From assembly GCA_051362555.1 (NCBI GenBank), contig CM120641.1, positions 11,904,001-11,968,000 of the forward strand: a DNA stretch of 64,000 bases. Reading direction: 5' to 3'. This stretch comes from Lingula anatina (lineage: Eukaryota > Animalia > Brachiopoda). Of this stretch, positions 58,712 through 64,000 are shown piece by piece; position 1 is the stretch's first letter, and each line of letters starts with the position of its first letter. Under the pieces are notes generated by a model. That model did no database searches. It saw only the letters and a list, made by a program, of their open reading frames with translations, and was not told the DNA's origin. A program made the translations under genes and the position numbers.

Positions 58712-61700
58712 CCATGAATTGAACACTTCTGAAAATATGGCAAGTGACAAGGAAAGAACGCATGTGCCTGCCTGGTTAAGGCGATGTGACTTCAACGTTC
58801 CTGGCATAACCAAAGTGCGTGAGTATGTGTTTGTACGTGTGGTATGTGTAAATGTAAATTAATAATTATTACTATCTTATCGCAAATCATATATCAGTGC
58901 AAACAATAACATAACGGATGCTTCGCTTGCAAAATTTTAAAAAAATCCAATATCGTTTAAGTAATTCAATTCTTCTGATGAAAAGTATGGGTTAATTTTA
59001 ATCTTATAAATATCTTAGCCTGGCACTTTTCTTTTTAGAGTACATATACTTTAATCTATTCCAAATAAGATTGGGTTCCTCAACAATTTACATTAATTCA
59101 AAACGATATCCGTATAGTTTGTGCTCTAAGAATCAAAAATATTTTACAATTGCCTAATCATGTATTTTCCAACCTCCTGCATCCATGCGCTGAACGTGTA
59201 TTTCCACTCCGATGCTTTCTCAGCATGCAGATAGGCATTGAAGATGATCAAGTAGACATAGCGTTCCAGGTAATCCAGGCTTAACCTTTTCAAAGACACA
59301 GCTTCCGAAGGAGTCTTTGCAGCACGCGTCTAGAAGTTGAAGTGGATATTCTTGGAAATTGAAATTCTAATACAACATATTAGGCCTACTGCTAAGTCAT
59401 TGTTATTATTACTATTACTATTTTGGCAAATCTGATTCTTTTAATTAACTGTATATACTGAAATGAACCCAAATTTCATTGCATTATAAACATAGATTTT
59501 TTAAACGCATTCATTAACAGATTTTCGTATTACTTTATACATACACAGATGCTTATTTCCGTTTTATAAGAAAGGCTAGAAAAGCCTCTTTGTACTAGAC
59601 TTCTTTGTGATCATGTTATTACCAATGAAGCAACTGAGCTAAAAACGCAATTTTTAAGATCCCATTCCCATACCTAGATCGATCTAGTGGGATTGGTCCA
59701 GCTCCGAGGGAATTCTCGCTTAATTGCACTCAGCTTAAGCGGCTTGAATATGTGGCAGAGAATCCCCTCGAAGATGGACCGATCCCGCTAGATCGATGGA
59801 AACGAGGTCTTTTGTTGATCTTTATAAGATGCGTTTTAACTCAATTTATCTATTTCTATTTCTAAAAAAACATCAACACGGTGATAATGATGAACCTTCA
59901 AAATTAAAAATAAAGCAAAATATAAGAGGGAGTCGAAATTAATATTTAACAGCTAATATAACCTTATTATAAGTCGAAAAAATCAATTCCCTTAAGTGGT
60001 AGTACATCGGAGTCATCGTCTCAGAGCACTGGTCTAACACGAAATCCACTTCTCTTTTGATCTGTGGACCGTTCGGTAAAATACGTATCAATTTTGAGAC
60101 GATCTGAAAAAGATTATCGATAGAATACATGCCTATTTTGAGACAATCTGTACATAAAATTGTACCAGGGTAAGTACAATTTGGATTGGTCTATACGCAT
60201 TTAAGGTAGTTATGATAACTAAACTTGGACAGCGTTGTAACTGTCACTTTTTAAACTATCATAAGGCCTACTCGAAACTGGTTTATACAAAGCTCAAAAT
60301 TTTGAAAAATTCGGTACCAAACTGGCTGGGCGGATACGTATGAGTTATGGCTGCACGAAATCCTGATCCTCATCAGTGGATCTTACCTTAAAATTCCCCA
60401 TCGTAAAAGCAGCATTAGGCACAGATACACGTTCTTGTTCACCTGGGTTGGTCCCAGTTGGAAATCCCTAAAGTAAGACACTAAATTAATTTATGTAACA
60501 TGCAATTCAAGCTTGTAGATTTTTTTCATCAAAACCTAAGAACCCATTTATAACAGTTCTCTTTTGAATTTTCAAAGTACTAAGAATATAACGGTTTATA
60601 TAATATCTTAAACTTAAGGTAGGGGTTTCTGTATTTATTGTAATTTTTTTCCAACCAACGTCATAGTCGTGGAGCCCGTACCTTTAAATGTCCATGTATT
60701 AAACTTGCGACCACCATGGCAGTAGTCGTTCTCGCTTTTCCAGTTCTACAATAAAACAAGATAGCGGGTTCTTCTCCGTTTGGACAAAATTCCTCCACTT
60801 GATATATCATGGATAGCAGAATGTCAAATTCCTGGAATTAAATCATTTTATTTTACTGTAATGATCACGTGTGGTTCTTCGCGACAAAGTCGCATAGCAA
60901 ATGCGGTTGGAATATAGTTTTAAAGTAATGTAATCGCAGTAGGTCAATTAAAAAATGAAATGAAATTCAAAAAGCAAACTGCAAAATGTCTTCTTTTTTA
61001 GGAAATCTTCAAAGCACAACGGATGGCCGTTGTTCTTATCCAAGTCCCGAGGAGAGTGCCTTAATTTAACACATATTTTACTTATAACAATTAATGGTTT
61101 TAAATTTTCTGTTCCAGGAAAAACTTTTGGTTCTATCAACATTTTCAGCATACACGTGCGTATGAATTCCGGGCAAGTAAACCATTCAACTGATGCCATT
61201 CGTTGCTTTTTAGCAAAGCCAACAAATCAAATTGCGAATGCTACAACCAGTCAGTAGGGTACCTTTTCCGATAACCCCCTGTCGCCAGGGAGGGGTACAC
61301 GATGATAGAGGACCTTTTCAGACGCCTTACGCATGACATCTTCGGCCATTTCTCGTGGCGTAAGCACAGTGTCAAACTGGAGTAACCTCCGTGGTTGGGT
61401 AATATCTTCATATACCTAAAGGAAGTGTAGCATATCCCAGGTGAAATTGCTATATAATGCTTTCTATTGTTTAAGGTATTATACATAACGTTACGTGAGG
61501 TGGGATTAAAATATTAAATAAGAAAAGAAACCAAATTAAGCTTATGGTTTCTTCTTGTAACCGCATTTTGTATCTTGTAATGAATGGTCGTGTTTACTCA
61601 CCTGTAAACCGTTGTTCTCTACAATTTCTTTCTTAAGCGCTCTCTCTTTCTCCTGGTCAAACACAATTGAAGTACATTTTCATTTTAAGAAAATTCCACA

Positions 61701-62670
61701 CAATGCTTATCAGACATTCACTAGACTATACACAGTCTTACAACATACAAATGAATTATTACAAATACTTAAATGAGTTACGCAACACGCGTTTTCAAAG
61801 TTGATGAACAAAAAAGTATGCAGCTACTGGTATTTGAAATTGAACATTTTAAAAGAAGGTGAAACTTTCGATTTACTCATGATAGCTGTAATAAAGTAAA
61901 ACTTTCCAGTTTGATAAGGTACGTTTACCACCAACACCTCGAACCTAGCACGGTTATATAAATGAATAATAGTTGAAATTGGAAGAAGATGAGAACAACT
62001 GTCAATATAGGGTGAAATTTGCTGGATGGTCAAAACGTCAGGATTCATAGGTAAAACAAGTTTAGTCTTTTTAGAAACGGTTTACTTTTTTACCAACTGC
62101 CATCTGGACTGGCCGTTTGCTATGAAAAAGTAAATAACCTCTATCTCCGTGTCAGATATACCATCCATGGAGATCGGCACATCCAGAAATGCTTCCTCTC
62201 TCCAGCAGTACGTATTTTCCCCGCACTGGATCGCCAGATCGTCGCGCACGTTTACTACCAGAACTACAGGGTGCTTTTTTGGACTGCTTGTCAACCGTTG
62301 TATTACCAATTTGAGGCCCTGGATTAAAAGTCTCAGAAATGGTATATTGACTACTATTACTCCTACAACAACTTCTACTACAGGGCCTACTACTACTACT
62401 ACTACTACTATTATTATTATTATTATGTTAAAAAAATTATTCTTTGTTTTGCCGTTTTGTTTCAAACTTTCCTTTCTTACCCAACTCTAATTTCTTGATA
62501 CAAGATTGATGGGTTGCAGGTCAAGCTGATCTTTCTCAAAAATATGTTTTTACCTCTTTATTTGGTTGAGCCATGCCGTAAACAGGAATCTTCTTGATAT
62601 CTCTGAAGTTTGACACAGACACGTCCAGTTTAGTGCTCAGGACGTCTAACCCCACGTGGTCATCTGCTAC
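58507..62670 (-). CDS. PALD1: Paladin (phosphatase domain-containing protein 1), 3' part, complement(join(58507..58647,59174..59329,59963..60103,60387..60467,60682..60831,61263..61415,61602..61652,62139..62318,62554..62670)), 389 aa; 5' exons outside the window
   Basis: Spliced peptide has SNFRDIKKIPVYGMAQP, YHRVPLP, FYCRTGKARTTTAM (CX5R), CSETMTPMYYHLRE, SLDYLERYVYLIIFNAYLH, LYNILDSLGFPEFE, collinear with the second PTP-like repeat and C-terminus of vertebrate paladin as remembered; all introns GT-AG phase 0. Confidence 0.95.
58669..58710. repeat. (AT)n microsatellite
   Basis: Direct reading. Confidence 0.95.
59174..59329 (-). CDS. PALD1: PALD1 exon (TRAAK...YLERYVYLIIFNAYLH...WMQE)
   Basis: cttctag acceptor, GAG|GTTGGA donor. 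Confidence 0.92.
59658..59809. mobile_element. Short palindromic MITE related to family B, in PALD1 intron
   Basis: Starts GATCCCATTCCCATA..AGATCGATC after TAA; ~40-bp imperfect inverted arms; degraded right end. Confidence 0.6.
59963..60103 (-). CDS. PALD1: PALD1 exon (IVSKLIRILPNG...STYNK)
   Basis: ttttcag acceptor, AAG|GTTATA donor. Confidence 0.92.
60387..60467 (-). CDS. PALD1: PALD1 exon (GFPTGTNPGEQERVSVPNAAFTMGNFK)
   Basis: ctttag acceptor, AAG|GTAAGA donor. Confidence 0.92.
60682..60831 (-). CDS. PALD1: PALD1 exon with CX5R motif (FYCRTGKARTTTAM)
   Basis: ttccag acceptor, AAG|GTACGG donor. Confidence 0.93.
61263..61415 (-). CDS. PALD1: PALD1 exon (VYEDITQP...YHRVPLPGDRGLSEK)
   Basis: ctttag acceptor, AAG|GTACCC donor. 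Confidence 0.9.
61602..61652 (-). CDS. PALD1: PALD1 exon (EKERALKKEIVENNGLQ)
   Basis: gaccag acceptor, CAG|GTGAGT donor. Confidence 0.85.
62139..62318 (-). CDS. PALD1: PALD1 exon (GLKLVIQRL...DTEIE)
   Basis: atccag acceptor, GAG|GTTATT donor. Confidence 0.88.
62554..62670 (-). CDS. PALD1: PALD1 exon (VADDHVGLDVLST...GMAQPNKE)
   Basis: cctacag acceptor, GAG|GTAAAA donor. Confidence 0.92.
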
Positions 62671-63075
62671 CTGTAGGCACACGAAGATTACTCACATTAA
62701 TTTATACAGATACATGGCACGCGGTGTTTCATGATTGTATATGTTATTACGTGGCTGGCTTGTTAGTGATATTGCCTTACTGCCGTGTAAGTGATTTCAC
62801 GAGACTGATTTGTATGTGAAATATGGTAATATTACTGCATAAAGTGAAACCCAATAAATTGGCAAACAAGATATTGCACTTACAAATATAAATTATAGTG
62901 CAAATCTGTTGAGCTATACTGACATGAATCATAATTTTGCTTGGAATAATTAGCGGAAGAAGCTTTGACATATATCCCTTATCTAAATGAAATGGTCATT
63001 AGGAATTTGTATCTGGTGGGTAAATTTATTATCTTGTAAGAATCGCTGCTTTAGTTTTGCCGTGACAGCGGCTAT

Positions 63076-63334
63076 CCCAGCGGGCAAATTATGTTGTTTT
63101 AACGTTGAAACAACGTTGAACCATAACGTTGAGAAGATATTGAATAAACGTTGGATTTGAAAGTTGTGTCAACCTCAGATAACAACGTTGTATCAACGTC
63201 AGAAAACAATGTTATATCAACCCCACCCAGCAGGAAATTAGCCTGGATGTGTTTAGCAGTAGGACATGTTTGATGGCTAAATATATGTAGGGTATTAATG
63301 TATGACCTTTATGTTAAAATTTCCGAGGTTTAGA

Positions 63335-63379
<45 letters not shown>

Positions 63380-63853
63380 CACTAGGTCACAGTCACCTCA
63401 ACCTGTCTATCTATAACAGGTTACCAAGAACTGTTAACTTTATTAATTCACTCCTCATTTACAGCAATTTATTCATCCTAGTGTTAGCTGACCTTGCAAG
63501 GAATGCAGTTTATTGGAATGTATTTCTGAATAAGAAGTTAAGAAAATTCACTAGTCAACTAAAGACACAAAACAACTGTCATTTTTACTTTAAAACCATT
63601 TTGTTATTATTTTGATAAATTTAGTTACAATATTGATAAACAAAGTATCACGTTTTCAATAATTAATATTTTAAATTACAACTGCAAGGTTGTGTCATTT
63701 ACCAAAATACAACGTTGAGTCAACGTCACATTATGACGGTGTTTCGACGTGGCTGGATCAACGTTGATTTTACGTTGAATTAAGGAAGATCAACGGCAAT
63801 TCAACGTATCAACCTGTTTTCAACGTTGATTCAACGCAACTATGCCTGCTGGG
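63076..63853. mobile_element. EnSpm/CMC-like non-autonomous DNA transposon in PALD1 intron
   Basis: Termini CCCAGCGGGCA ... TGCCTGCTGGG with dense subterminal (C)AACGTT(G) palindromes at both ends; TSD not clear. Confidence 0.65.
63338..63378. repeat. (AT)n microsatellite inside the EnSpm-like element
   Basis: Direct reading. Confidence 0.95.
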
Positions 63854-64000
63854 TTGAGACTTGAAAAGAATCGAGAACGTTCATATCAAAGTAGCCTACC
63901 TTGAATGTGTATTCCTCGTTCCATATATATACAGTATAAATGCACACGATTTTGTGTAAATTCTTCACATTGATATTAATCTCACTCTCCCTTGTATCGT

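Noticed and set aside
63900-64000. Open frame ending AAG|GTAGGC as a further PALD1 exon
   Set aside because: No convincing acceptor or paladin-like peptide within the window; cannot be supported

Overview
AT-rich, intron-rich eukaryotic (invertebrate metazoan, species not determinable) genomic DNA; no prokaryotic features, rRNA, tRNA or CRISPR array was seen. Hand-splicing with GT-AG sites and consistent reading phase gives five genes: (1) NCKAP5/NCKAP5L-like coiled-coil gene on + (12 coding exons, 109..17544, ~1321 aa); (2) DNAJC22/Wurst on - (3 exons, 358 aa); (3) an RJL-family (DNAJC27/RBJ-like) small GTPase on + (6 exons, 192 aa) that lacks the J domain, the catalytic Gln and any prenylation Cys, lying head-to-head with DNAJC22 across 403 bp; (4) an ITPRID/SSFA2(KRAP)/TESPA1-family IP3-receptor-interacting gene on - (15 coding exons, 28569..50695); (5) the 3' part of paladin (PALD1) on - (9 exons, 5' end beyond the window). 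Introns hold many short non-autonomous transposons: PIF/Harbinger-type MITEs, a hAT-type MITE, a Helentron/HINE-like element, an EnSpm-like element, a Kolobok-like nest and a putative Ginger1-type insert with a CCGG duplication nested in a MITE. Family assignments rest on remembered protein motifs and on TSD/TIR rules; no database search was run. The most interesting observation is the J-less RJL GTPase paired divergently with a J-domain protein; I do not see evidence for a wholly new class of system.
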